Origin: Candidatus Saccharimonadota bacterium
Lineage (GTDB): Bacteria > Patescibacteriota > Gracilibacteria > BD1-5 > UBA2023
Reading direction: 5' to 3'
Assembly: GCA_042852035.1 (NCBI GenBank)
Contig: BAAFHK010000002.1
Location: forward strand, 90,001-122,000
Length of the DNA stretch: 32,000 nt
Part shown: positions 1 through 13,255 of the stretch, in pieces
Layout of the letters: each line of letters opens with the position of its first letter
Position numbering within the stretch: position 1 is the stretch's first letter
The notes under the pieces: generated by a model
Told to the model about the DNA's origin: nothing
The model's database searches: none
Seen by the model: the letters and a program-made list of their open reading frames with translations, nothing else
Program-made: the position numbers and the translations under genes

Positions 1-1
1 T

Positions 2-3000
2 TGGAGAAACGCCACTTATGCCTGTTTTACTCAAGCCTGAACCCCCAAGCTTGATTCATACTTCTGAGGAAATAGCCTTCTCAGGCTTATGGTAACTGGA
101 GAGGATCCAACAACATTCTTAAAATCCCCTCCATCAGGAACCGCACTTACTGGATTTTCACTCCCTATTTTTGATATTGAGGGAATGAAGGAGACCACCA
201 GACTTCCAAATCCTTCACTCGCTGACTGTACTTGAAATCGTTTCCAATACACTCTTCTTCAGCCACATACATTTTCCTATGATGTCAATGACTCTTGGAG
301 CTATAATGGATGAACTTATAATTGTACCTGAGGGTACCCTCTTGAGTGGACGAACTCTACTTCCTACTGTCCGAATAATGCTCTTACAAATAGTCCAAGA
401 TTTACTTGTAATACAGTTCATACCAGTTATCCTGGATGAAGCTCGATGGCTGATTCCCTCGCTGTCTATAACACTCCTTGTTACTATGGAACTCTTGTAA
501 TTGATGGAAAATATTTTAATAACACAACATCTCTTTCAGTTGGGCAGGTAAACCTTTGAAGTCAGTGTATTATACCAGGAAATGCCTACAATGGTATCCC
601 CGATGTCGATAATACTGTATATCAGAATCGAGTCTTCCATACTATTCCATCCCTCCTTAAGCATGTCTCACCAACAAGTGCTGAAATTGCTGCAGCGAAG
701 GCAAATGGAGCAAGTCCATCAATTCCAGTTGATGCAATACGGACGGTTGAGTTTCTCACTCAAAAATGAGGAACAGCACGACTTACATATCCAAATTTCT
801 TTGAAGCTCCAACGACGTCTATCGCTGATGTTCGTGCCTGGCTTAAAACACTTTCTGATACTGAATGGAATGGAATCATAGCTGCAGAAAATGCACGCGT
901 ACAAACTGCACTTGATCGAAATGTTGCTTTGAGTCTCTGAGCAAATCCACTCCCGAATGCCCCAATCGACTGGAACACTCTTATTACTGATGATGTAATC
1001 GAAAAAATAATACGAGCAAAACGTTCCCTAGCTCCAAATGTCACAAAAAAATATCAGAATCTTCTCGAGGCGGGTCTTTCATATTCTCATACATCTTCTG
1101 GAGATATACTGGATAATCCACTTCCACTTCCGAAACTATCACAAGGGTATGAAATTGCATACCTTTGATTGACTCCATTTACTCCAAAATGACAGGCAAG
1201 TGAAGAAGATGCTTCTCTTCAGGGATACCAATATCAGCTTTGAGAACTCCAATGACTCAATTTCGTAGAACAAGACCCAGCACTGACTGATCCTGACCCT
1301 TCGATAAAAGCTCAAGCTGAATGTGGGCCGCCAGATGGTGTGCCATTATTTCAGTGGCCTTCAGCGATACAGTGTTGGATTAAGACTCTCTTCCCAGTAA
1401 AGATTGTTCCAGGATCATGTGGCTCAAACACGATTTGAATTGCACAAGGTACGCTCTCAAGTGCTCCACCTCCAATAGCAATAGCAGGGGATAGCGCAAG
1501 CCTTCGTACATATTATAGTAATGCTCAGATAGTATACAGCATTGAGCGAACTATGATACAGCCAGGATGAAATATAGAAATACAGTACTATCTTAATAAT
1601 AATGGGGTATTGGTAGAACTTCCTCCAGATGCTTCGATAGATTTAAATATTTCTTCGGTTACGGCAAGCGGGCAAAATATTTCACCAGATAAATATGGTG
1701 AGTATGTTACTCTTTCTTCATCGAATTGAACCTATACGAATGAAGGGGCATCATTTGTGGTCAATTCTATATGACCTTTTGCTGACATTTCATTGGTTCC
1801 AAAACTTACCGTTCCACTTCCTGATGGAACAATATATGAAAGTATCGGTGCACAGATGGTTCTCAAGGTTCGAGATGAATATGTCGATATTCTTCCAAAA
1901 GCAGGAACAATCCCAGTATCTTCATTTGAAACAACAAGTACTGAAGCATTAACACTCAATTTCGAAGCAAAGCAAGGAACGGGTATAAATATACCAACTT
2001 CACCACCATATAAGATGGATATATATGATGATGTTGCTTGAGTTTTAGTTGAAAGTTGAATCACGATAAATAGTGACACCTACACTCTTTGATCGAAGTA
2101 TAAGGATGTTATTTGAGTTTACCGATTTGTAGTTTCTGATTCAGCAGGTCGTGCAGGTGAAGCGACACTAGCAGTCCGTTCAGGTCCTGTTGCTCGTATG
2201 GATTTTATTCCAGTATCTTCATCAGTCGTTACCGGAAAGGAATCCGTAGGTGTGTTACGACTTCTTGATGCAAAAGGAAATCTTGTATCACCGAGCCTTC
2301 TTCAGCTTACAGCAAATATAACGAATGGTTCCTTTATTGATGGTGCGGGAGCATATGTTCCAACCATGAGTATGGATTCTACTGAATCAGAAATTCTGTT
2401 TCGGTATATGGCTTGAAGTATAGGAACCATGAGCATGAATTTTTCTATTGCAGATCCAAATGTTTCTAAGTCTTCAAGTGTAAGTGTTATTGATATACCT
2501 AAGGTGCATATTATTCGATCATCGACACCAAAAGTTGGTGAGGCTCCTATTACAGTTGATATAGAACTCAGAGACCCAGTAACAAACACTCCAATTTCTG
2601 GATTCTCATCACTTGCTACTCTTGATATACCACCTGGTGCTGGTGCTTTTGATAAAACTACAGTAAATATTGAAAATGGTCGAGCTGAACAAGTAACATT
2701 TACTCCTTGAAAGGTCGCTTGAGATCATGTATTTACTATAGAAATTGCAGGAGTAGGGAATACCACCGAGAAAAAATTTAATGTACTCCCAGGAGTACCT
2801 ATGTATATAGATGGAACTATTACGAGTACAAATATAGAATTTGCCCTAAGAGATAGATACGGAAACCTCTCTCCAGAATCCCCAGCTGGAACTACAAAAC
2901 TCAATCAAGATCTCCCAACTCCTATAAACTTTACAGATGGGAAATATATTATGCCACGGGTTCCATGATACTGGAAAATAGAAGCTCCTTCTATCAAGCT

Positions 3001-6000
3001 CAATACGATTACCTATGTTGATAATGATAATGGATCAACATCTACAACAGCAACTGGAACTGTGACAAAGACGATTACAGGTATCCCATTCTACCAACTC
3101 TTTGTTCCTGATGCTGGAAGAAATTTTGGATTCAGGCCAGACTATAATGCTCGATATACGGTTCTTGCTTGAGATGCATATCTGAGTGAAGGAAGCCAAA
3201 TTCTTTATGAGACAGCGCCATGACAGTCTCAGAGTCTTGCTGTTTCAACAATACTTACTTCGCCCTATGAGAAGGAGTCACTTTTTTCTATTTATCCTGG
3301 CTGAGGTTATAGTGTTGGTGCGACATCAGATACAGCGATTGAAACAAGCCTAAGAAATCGTACGGATAGCCTTCATCTTGAGGCTTTTGATACTGCAAGT
3401 CAGACTCCTGTTGCTCGAGTTGCTTATCCGATGAAGAATTTGAGTTTTTCTTCGTGTCTAGAATCGAGTTCTGAACTTTCTGAGTGTAGTATCCTCGGCA
3501 GTCAAGGAGCGATTATGTTCGTTACCTATAAATGAGATAATACTACGATTCAAAGCAATGCGAACGAAGCTGCGATTATTATCGACAACGTTGAGAAAGT
3601 AAAATATAATGCAAATGTTGGACTGAGTCTTGGGGAATGAGTGACTCTTTCTCCTATTTGAGACCAATCTATCTCAAGTCTAGTTGTCGATGTTATCGAC
3701 AATGGAAATTCAATCGGAAAACTTCTCGTGCATACTGATGAATCATGAGGAGTATCAGTGTGAGATTCAAATGTTCCTGTAAATGTTCTTACTCTGGATG
3801 AGAAGTTTTCCTATTCTTTGACGCCAAGTTATAGTGATATCTTTAGTCCAGAGAAGAAGGGATATTCTCTTGTAAGAAATCCTTCAAGTCAAATGATCGA
3901 TGAAAGACTCGTCTGACCTTCTCGTATAGAGAGTTTTGGGGCACTTCTCGATGTACCATGAGTATGATGGCATGGGAATAATCGTACTCTTCTCTCATTT
4001 GCTGCATGAGATACTGTAGGTGAGGCGACAAGATGGTTCCATACCTATACACTTGTCAATCTTGGTGATCCAGTTGCTCATGTTGATCTTCCTGATCCAA
4101 TAAATGGTATTCCTGCTCCACCCGAAACAGAAATGGAATGAGTAGATAGAAGTATCGGTACGCAGATTGCTAGTTCTTCAGATCGATATATTCAATCCTA
4201 CAAAAGAAAGGATATGAATGGGGATGGGCTTGAGGATGTGATTGTTGTTTATAGTGATGGCTTTATCGAGCTCTATCTTAATATGGGAGGAACATTCCGA
4301 AAGAAGGAAAAGATAGCCTATATTCCATATATAACCCCATTAGGTATACAGCTTGGTGATTTTACAGGAGATAAATATGCAGACATAATCGCCCTTGATC
4401 GATCAGGATCTCTTGCTCTTGTTGATAATGGGCTGAGAAAACTTAAAGAAACGCTCATAAAAGTAACTGGGGATTTTGCACCAAATGGCATCACCCAATA
4501 CAAGGTCTATGACATGGATAATGATGCTCGTGATGATATCGCTTATCTCACGGAAGGTTGAGAACTGGGAATTCTTTATGGTACTCCTGCTGCAGGGACA
4601 TTCGAGAAGAAGATTCTTGAATCAAATCTCTGAGTAACCCTTTCTTCAGATCCTGAAAAATGAGGGTGAGCCATTAAGGCAAGCATTACTCCGACCTCTC
4701 TTCTTTCGAATCCTACGGGAACCTGAGCTGACGAATCCGTCCTCAATACTGAAGTATTCTACCTCCTTCAATCCGTTTCAGGTACACCAGCTGTTATCAC
4801 AAGTGATGTTTCAGTTATTGATGCGACATTTACTTGAAGTTTTACTGATCCAAATGAGGTTCCAGTATATTCTTGATCGACAGCAACAGGAGTACTTTAT
4901 GTGAAGAGCGAATATGCGCCAGCATATGGACTAGAGGTAGAAAAAAGATATACGAATCTTTCATCTACGACCATCCATGGTGGAGATCGCATACAAGTAG
5001 AGATACATATTACCAATAGTGGATCACAGATAGCAAAAGATGTTAGCTATTTGGATCGAGTTGCAAAAATATTTGAAATTCCAGAAGACTCAAAATATCA
5101 AATTCAACTCGGAGGATCAAACCAAGAGAAGGATTTCGTATCACTTTCTGGTGAAGATTACGAGCTTATACTCCAATGAGTCGATATCCCTCCTGGTCAA
5201 ACTCTCAAATTTCTCTACCAACTCATAGCCACTCCTACTTCGTATGGAGATATGATTGTAGATAATCTTGAGAAAAATCTTGCTTGAGATGATCCATTTG
5301 GTGATGTTGGATTTGAAACATCGAATACCTGTGGAGCAGATATGGTAGTCTGGAATTCAACCGCAGTTCGAGACTATCTGAGGTGAATTCGTTCATTTAC
5401 TCCAGCTGACCTTCCTCCATGACTTGCTGCAAAGCTTGCGGATGCAAATGCTAATGGTATTCCTGATAGTATTGAATTTGCTTCTTGAAGTTCATTTACC
5501 GGATGAGCTCAGGCAACTCTTACAAATGAATTTAATAATATAACAAATTCAGCAACCAATAATCAAACGAACATACTTAATGTAAATGTGAATCCATCTG
5601 GGCAACTTGCTACCATTTGATTTAGTCCAAATGTTGAACAAGAGCTCGAGACAACCATGCAGAATCTTGCAGATGGTCTATCATGTGGATTTGGGTGAGG
5701 ATGATGTCTTTCTTCTCCGATAAACTGGGCACCACTTGCACCAGGAAATGCGATCTCCGTTCTTGGTTCTCCAGTATGAAGAAGTCCAGCAGTGAACCAG
5801 GGTATTCCTGTATTTGCAGCACTTACGAGGATGGATGTTTGAGTTACTCCATATTGTTTTAGCTTTCCTGTTGTATGGCCTGTTTCTCCTCTTTCTCTGA
5901 ATGCCTCACTTCCATGTAGTTCAAGCAATGTGGCTACCGCTTGGTGAGAGGCTGCAGCACAGATGCCAACAGCATTTATGTGAGTGTCGACCGCTTCCAC

Positions 6001-9000
6001 AAATATTGGTGCCGGATGAGTCCTCTGAACGAAATCAAGTAGTAACTTCCTTCGAATATTCGTAACGCCTACCCTTACACTCGGGATGGGTACAGCTATA
6101 TGTATGTGACCTGCATCGACGAATGGTCCAAATCCACTCTATCCTCTTGTTTCGAAAGGAAATTGCATCGTCATGACAAAATCACTTCCTGTTTGTAAAT
6201 GAGATGGATCTGCCGCCGATGGAGATGTTACGGGTATTTCATGACTCGGCACGTCTCGTGATACTTGGAATAGTAACAGTTGTAGTATGAAGGCTGCAAC
6301 GAGTCTTACACCAGCACAAGAGCAATCAATGATTGATGATATCGTAAGCTATATTAAGAGTCCAGATACAACAAGACTGAATAATATCTATAAAAATATC
6401 TCTGCTCGTTGATGAAAATCTGTAAATCTTTGAGGTCCTGCGATTAAACTCGGTGACCCAGGATCTTCAGGAACAGCTATTGATATCGATCTTGATAGCT
6501 CTAAACCTTTCGAAATCGGAAAGATTGTGAAAGTGAATAACAAGAGAATTGCTGGATTTCCTGAATTTATCATGGACTGGGTGTCTCGACAAACAGAAGA
6601 GATAACCAATAAGCTCTTTACTCTGCCGAATCTTGTTATCTATACGCCGAAATCCTATGGTCCAAATACTTCATGAGATCTCTCCGAACTCACGAATTCA
6701 TTCTCAGAAGCGTCTATAAAAAAATGAGTCGATGACTTTACGGCTAAAGTCGGAAGAGCTGGTGATGCTACAAATACGGCTAATGAGCTAAAAAAGAGAA
6801 CCACAGGGAAAACAGCTGCCTCATCAGGATATGATAAATGGCTTGATGGAAAAATTTGAGAAAATGCATCTAAGATTAATGCTGTAACTGGATGAGCAAA
6901 TCAATGGCGACAAGCATGGAAACTTATCGGACAGATACCATTTGTGCAGGTTGAGCAGGTAAGTGTCCCGATTAATATTCCATGGCTCCTCCCTCAAGAT
7001 CTCGATCGCTACGCTCGTTCTCTGAAGCAGTATGAGAATGAATGGAAACGAGCGGAGAATGATTGGTGTGTCGGAAAAACGCCACAAGAATGTGCAGATA
7101 TCAAAACGAATACAAACACTGCAGGGGTACAAAGTACGATAAAAAAGACCATGAAGAGTATCGAAGAATGGAGAAGATTCCCTGAAAAACTCCAAAAGTA
7201 TATTACTTGGAAACAGAGGTATGTAACACAGATTCTTTGTAACATTGATATCCTTGAGCGAATGGTTGGTGGATGGTATCGAGACAATGGTATTCGCTTC
7301 AAAAAATGGGCAGAATTCTATGTTCTTATACGTACTATAGCTGAGACATGGCAGCCATTCCTTGATCTCTGGAGAGATAAGGATCGTTCCTGTTCAGTTT
7401 GTCAAAACCAGAGATGGGATCTGAAGTATTGGAAATTTAAATTACTTTCAGCCGTGATTCCACAGTTGCCAATATTGCAATTTCCACGCTGGCCAGATAT
7501 TGTATTAGATCTTTCTGATATACGATTTGGGGTAGTGTTCCGAGTTCCTGAATTCCGATTCAACATTTCGCCAATAAGACTTCCTGATCTCCCTGCGATC
7601 CGTCTTCCAAATGCTCCAACAGGATCTCTCAATCTTGGATTCAATTTTAATATTCCTCCTCCTCCAAATCTTCCAAATCTTCCTGATCTTCCTTCACTTC
7701 CAAATATACGTCTTCCAAATCTTCCAACTCCACCAAAACTTCCTAAGCTTTTTGGGGCTGTCTCAGTAGGAATAAATATCTTTAAGCTCTATACGAAGAT
7801 TCAGTGTTACATGGAGAAAACACTCCTTGTTCCTGAGGACTATGCTTGAGCAACGATAGCCCAGAGAACCGATAGACAAGGGACTCTTCCTTTTGATTTT
7901 CTCAATTTCCGTCTCCCTCAAATCGCCATCTGAGCATGGCCGAGAGAAATTCGTGTTTCAACCCATGTAAATTTCCAAATAAAGTCTGATTTTATCGTCG
8001 AATTTGCGAAAGCAGCAGTAAAGCCTATTAATGAATTTAGTACGGATCTTGCACGAATGCCAAAGAAATTTGCTCCAGATATAAATATCCAAGGCCCAGG
8101 GAATAAAACGATCAATGTTCATGGAGCGATACAGACCCATGACTATGATGCAGTAATCGCAGCTCTTACAGAAGAACTTCGAAAAAATCAGAGCGATGAG
8201 CTTCTCTCTGTTGATGAGTTTACACCATATCTTCGTTCTGAACTTTTGAAGGCAGGACTTGATGTTGGGAAATTCGATAGAAGCCTCCTTAAGGCAAGAA
8301 ATGAGGCAGATGCCTATACCAAGAAACTTCAAGATGAAAATAAAGAATCATTTAGACTTCTTCGAGAGTACCTTCATGCTGAAGAGGCTGAGACGAAAGA
8401 GCTTGAGAAATTTATCGACCGTCTCAAGGCAGGAAATGCTCTCCTTTCATCACGAGATATTCCTCAATCAGTATTTATAAGTGATACTCCAAGTCTGTCT
8501 GATAGTGCCCTTGATCGATATAATAAGTATCAGAATAAGCGTCTTACTTCTCGAGATTCTGATGTTCCAGATGATCTTGATAAGAAGCTTACATCGATAG
8601 GAAATCGAATGAATCGACTCCTCGCTGCTTGAGTAGGTCCCAATAATTCATCTTCCACGGCACAGGGGTATAGTCCAAGCTTCAATGGTATCTATATACT
8701 CTCTCCTGTTTCAAAAACTCAGACTCGACTTTTTGACTATACGAGCCTTCTTCAAGGGGATGAAGAAGCTGATGTTGCAGATATTGATAACGATGGAGAT
8801 AATGACTACCTCTACCTTCTCTGAGGTTCACTCTATATCAAGTATAACCATCAAAATTCCCCTCAGAGACCAATAGATCTCACTATTTCTACCGTCAATA
8901 CTGATCCAAGTCTCTTACCGGAAACACCAAATTTCTTTAAAGAAAATGTCTCAAGTCCATGACAGATCTATCTTTCATTTAGAAAGGCAAACTCACAAGA

Positions 9001-10720
9001 CACTTCCTTCCGACTTGAATTTTTCAACCGCTATCTCGAATGGGATAGAGTGAAGCTCAACGGGAATGACTTTCCTGATACCCCTCGAACTATAGTAGAT
9101 CTTACAGTTACGGACAATACTGATGATGCTACAATTACTTCAGACTATACAGAATCTCCGATAACTCGATCCCTCGAGTCTGCTTCTGTATGACCGGACT
9201 TTGTTCTTGAGGGTATGAAGGTCACAACCCTCGTCTCTGGTCAGCCATTTGGACTTTCTACAGGGCGTCCTATATATACCGGAAACGGTCAAGCAGTTCT
9301 GTCAGTTACTCTTGAGGGTACTGGTGAACAGAAAGACTTTACCCTCGATAGATTCAAAAAGTATGTATTCCCAGATACTCTCTCTGGAAGTATTACTTCA
9401 GGAAAGGCTTATATTCTTACCCCGTCAGGAACGGAGAAGCTCAGCTATACCAATGACATGCTTGGTATGCCTCTCCTCCCAGGAACGAGAGTTATAGATA
9501 CATCGAATACGATAAGTATTTATAACCCTGTAGAAAATCTTTCGACACAGATTCCTGTTGCAACAGAATATAGGCATATAGGTCTGACAGGAAAGAGTGC
9601 TTCATATTCAGTAAACTTTCCTTATGAGAATGGATACTATAGTGCTCGCCTCAGGTCGCTTCGAACGGGGAATGATATCAATGCTGGTATAACTCTCCTC
9701 GCTCCTCTTGCGGGACTCGATAGATCAGCGCCAGTTGTTGAACTTATGGATCAGAAGGTACCAGTCTATCAAACAGTAACAATCCCACTCAGTGATGCCG
9801 TATCAGAAGCAAGCTCCTTCACATTGCTTGCCGATCCAGATGTGACTCAAGATAGTGATTCAAATGGTGGATATGCAGATGATTTTGTTGCATCAGCTTC
9901 AGGAGTTTCTATCACTTCGAATCAAATTCTTTTTGGTCAGTATGACACGCTCGGAGCTCGAATGATGAATCTTCGTGTTGTAGATTCTTTTGGGAATCGA
10001 TCAACATCTCCTTTGAAGGTTGATGTTTATGCTCCAGTACCAAAAATTAACGCAGTAAGTACCGGATGAGTTCTTTCTGGATCATTGGAAGAACCAATAT
10101 CCCAAGAGCCAATCCATCTTTTCCGAGTGAGACAAGGAGATGGTATTAAGCTTTTGGATCAAAATCCACTTCTCACAGATACGACTGGAAAATTTAGTCT
10201 TGCAAATCTCTTTGGCGCAAATAACACCATTTCTGTCACAAATGGGAATACTTCTACAAATCTTTCTCCAGCTACAGGACTCCCACTCTCTGATCCGAAT
10301 ATTTCAAGTACGGTGACTCCTGCGAATGCCACAGATCCTCTTCAGATTCGATTTACCAATACGAGTACGAATACTCCACTCTTCAAAGCATCTATCGTTC
10401 CTCCATCTAGCCTTCAGGTTATAGGTCCGAATATGAGTTACACTTGATCTAATCCAGTCCTAAAGATTGATCCTCTTTGAGGAACTCAGACGGTTCCTGC
10501 ATCACTTTCGGATCCTAATATTGCATGAGGAATGTACATTACAGAAAATTCTTCTCCTATCATTGGTATCGATAGTCATGGGCAGATCTATCTCATAGAT
10601 TCTTCCGTTACTCTCAGGGCTACAGAAGAATGAGGACACCTCGTTCTCTATGCCTCAAAATGAGGACTTGATGTTGCGAAACTTTCATACCTCTTTGACT
10701 TTTTTATAGCCGGAAAATAA
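2..10720 (+). CDS. Giant secreted/cell-surface protein, 5'-partial (>=3,572 codons with TGA=Gly). Contains Ig-like repeats, FG-GAP/VCBS-like repeats, a Cys/Gly-rich core, a Pro-rich LPxLP repeat and a coiled-coil segment
   Basis: The frame starting at nt 2 has no TAA/TAG until the TAA at 10718-10720. I walked it codon by codon across all gaps between track ORFs (2042-2197, 2711-4213, 4562-4900, 5180-6943, 7850-8056, 8633-9214, 10070-10720) and found only TGA interruptions. Track ORFs at 1793, 2198, 2429, 4214, 4901, 6944, 8057, 9215 and 10085 all share this frame. There is no start codon boundary inside the window. Confidence 0.85.
2130..2995 (+). other. Tandem bacterial Ig-like (invasin/Big-type) domain region inside the giant protein
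   Basis: Repeated blocks of about 90-100 aa follow the pattern 'V..D..GN.V......T....G.F......V....G.A...F'. Examples are LRLLDAKGNLVSPSLLQLTANITNGSF, IELRDPVTNTPISGFSSLATLDIPPGAGAF and FALRDRYGNLSPESPAGTTKLNQ. Assigned by eye only. Confidence 0.45.
4205..4570 (+). other. Three FG-GAP/VCBS-like (integrin-alpha type) Ca-binding repeats inside the giant protein
   Basis: DMNGDGLEDVIVVYSDGFIELYLN, GDFTGDKYADIIALDRSGSLALVDN and YDMDNDARDDIAYLTEGGELGILYG. A further copy, DIDNDGDNDYLYLLGGSLYIKY, lies near 8775-8840. Confidence 0.6.
7577..7750 (+). repeat. Proline-rich LPxLP short tandem repeat (in-frame low-complexity segment of the giant protein)
   Basis: Peptide RLPDLPAIRLPNAPTGSLNLGFNFNIPPPPNLPNLPDLPSLPNIRLPNLPTPPKLPKL. 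At DNA level the units cttccaaat / cttcctgat recur. Confidence 0.8.
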
Positions 10721-10769
10721 TACTTGCTTTTTCTCCTATTATCACTATTGTTCGTTTCTCAATTTCTCT

Positions 10770-12227
10770 ATGCTTCCAAGAATCACCATCATCGGTCGAC
10801 CGAATGTCGGAAAATCAAGTCTCTTTAATGCGCTCTCAGGTCACCGAATCGCTATCGTTTCGGATATCGAGAATACAACTCGGGATATTATCGAGTATAA
10901 GATGAATGATGAAGTTCGAGATATCTCTTATATCCTTGCTGATTCTGGTGGTATTGTTGAAGCGGATGATGAAACTCTTCTTTCTGATGTGCGTGCTCGG
11001 GTGGATGATGCTATAAAAACTTCGAATGTCATTCTCTTTGTCCTCGAATATGACAGAGTCACTGAGTGGGATGAGAGAGTGGCTCGAAGGCTTAGAAAAT
11101 CTGGAAAGCCCATCATCGTTGTTGCTAATAAAGCAGATAATCCAAAACGCGATATCGAATCCTATACTCTCCTCGAGCTTGGTCTCGGAGAGGTGATTCC
11201 AACGAGCCCGATGCAATCTCGATGACTCGATAAGCTTCAGGATGCTATGGTTTCTGAACTTCGAAAACTTGGATTTACGGGTCACGTTGAGAATGATGAT
11301 CACCTTGAAGGGATGCTTAAGCTCGCGATTATTGGTCGACCAAATGTTGGGAAATCATCGCTCGTAAACGCTATTTCTTGAGAGACTCGTGCTATCGTAA
11401 AAGATATGCCAGGAACAACTCGCGATGCTATCGACACCATCATTACTCATAATGAACAAGAAATCTGCCTTATTGATACTGCAGGAATCCGTCGAGCCGG
11501 GAAGATAGGATCAGGGAATATCGAAGACTGGAGTGTTATGAGGGCTGAGCGTTCCATCGAGCGATCTGATGTTATCGCTATCGTTATCGATGCCTTCGAA
11601 TGAGTAACTCATCAGGATGAGGTAATCGTCGGGAAAGCTATCGAGGCGAAGAAGGGTATTGTTCTGGTATTTAATAAATGGGATAAAGTCCTCGCAAAAC
11701 CAGGGATTAATGCTTCTACGATTCTTGACCGATACATGAATTATCTTTCGAAAAAATTCGATTTTCTTTCCTATGCTCCTGTTGTTTTTACCCAAGCAAT
11801 CGAAGGGAAGCGTATCGAGCTCGTTCTTGATCATGCTCTAAAAATCCAAGAAGAACGCCAAAAACGTGTGAAGACAGCGGTCTTTAATAAGTTTCTCGAA
11901 CAGATTTCTTATGACCATGCTCCAACAGGAAATAAGAAGTCTCATAAGCCAAAAATATTTTATGGATCTCAGGTTGATGTGAATCCTCCTCGATTCGTTA
12001 TATCTGTAAATAATGCGGATCACTTTCATTTTTCGTACCTCAGATATATCGAAAACCGCATTCGAGATACTTTTGGTTTTGAGGGAACACCGATCGAAAT
12101 CGAGATGAAATCTCGAAAAAGTATGTTTAAGGCCGGGGAAAAATGAGGTCTTGCAGAGGAATATTTTCCAGAAGGTCGCGAAAAAGGGAATGAACATGGA
12201 GTGAAAAAGGATAAGAAATCAAAGTAA
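10770..12227 (+). CDS. der: Ribosome-associated GTPase Der (EngA), double GTPase domain plus KH-like C-terminal domain
   Basis: Two P-loops GRPNVGKSS, DxxG motifs (DSGG, DTAG) and NKxD motifs (NKAD, NKWD). Four in-frame TGAs at 11223, 11379, 11601 and 12144. The one at 11379 gives LVNAISGETRAIV, matching the conserved L.GE.R.IV Gly. Ends at TAA 12225-12227. Confidence 0.95.
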
Positions 12228-12250
12228 TTTTTTTCATACATTTCATACTC

Positions 12251-13255
12251 ATGAAAGATTCAATATCAATGCGCAATATGAACTATAGAAGTACGTTCTT
12301 TATTCTTTCGAGTTTCTTCGCCACTATTTGATATATTACTCAAGTCCTCCTTTCTGGTTGGCTTTCACTTCCTTTTGCTCTTATTGAGATTGCTTTTGTG
12401 AGCTGAGTCTTTACTCTCTTTATTCGTATTTTTTCTCGGAGAGGCTATACTTTTTCATCCCATTTTCTCAGATATTTCCTTCTCCTTTCCTCTTTTATAG
12501 GACTTCTCTCATTCATTATGTGGATAGGAGCATTTCTTTCGAATACCTTCCCAGGAGCTCTCTCGAAAATTACCCTCACTAATGGGGAAAATACCATCGT
12601 ATACTATCAGATGTCTCACATAGGAACGAAGAAGTACTATGACTCTATCCGAGATGAGCTTCTTGGATATGCTGGAAATGAGTATTCGATCTATCTCGAG
12701 TGAGTTCTTCCAGGAACGCCAGAAAATCAAGTCCGCCTCGAGAAAGCTCTCGGGATAAAGATTTCGAGTGGAACTTACGAAGATATAGCCCAGGTTATGG
12801 GGATGCAATCACAGGATGAACGACTTCTCGAAGGTATCGATAAAAAAGTATTTATCCATGCTGATCTTGGCGTGGATGATATCGTGGCGTATCTCTCGAC
12901 CTGATCCGTCCGAACAGAGGATCCTGTCGATATGTCCGTCGAATTCAAATCTCTTCGCGATGCCTCAAATAATGCATGGGCAATTTCATATATATTTCGC
13001 TCTCTTTTGAATGCTTCGATACGCTATTCTCTCTCGACCGATGGTATGTTTGAATTTCTTGGGCCTGAGACCATGCAAGCACTCCTCGAAAAACGAAATC
13101 AGAAGGTCATCGATACTTACTATAAAAATGATACCAAAAAATCAGTCTTCCTTTATGGTGCTCTTCATTTTGAAGGGATATATGCTCTTCTCAAATCAAA
13201 AGATCCACGATGGAGCATTGTATCGCATGATCCAATCTATCCGTATGTTCCGTAA
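12251..13255 (+). CDS. Polytopic membrane protein with a C-terminal TraB/GumN-like domain (tentative)
   Basis: ATG at 12251, one frame, TGA interruptions only, TAA at 13253-13255. The N-terminal ~100 aa is hydrophobic (FFILSSFFATIGYITQVLLSGWLSLPFALIEIAFV...). The motifs YYQMSHIGTKKYY and VFLYGALHFEGIYALL resemble the two conserved ends of TraB/GumN proteins. Start could instead be 12269 or 12278. Confidence 0.6.

Noticed and set aside
5563-6000. 145-aa minus-strand ORF inside the giant gene
   Set aside because: It is antisense to a continuous sense frame. Its composition is Ala/Gly/His/Pro-rich and looks non-protein-like. Local GC elevation explains it.
6944-7849. 301-aa ORF as an independent gene
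   Set aside because: It is the longest TGA-free stretch of the giant protein frame. The frame is open both upstream and downstream apart from TGA.
10836-11303. 155-aa minus-strand ORF
   Set aside because: It is antisense to der GTPase domain 1, which has unambiguous P-loop and NKxD motifs on the plus strand.
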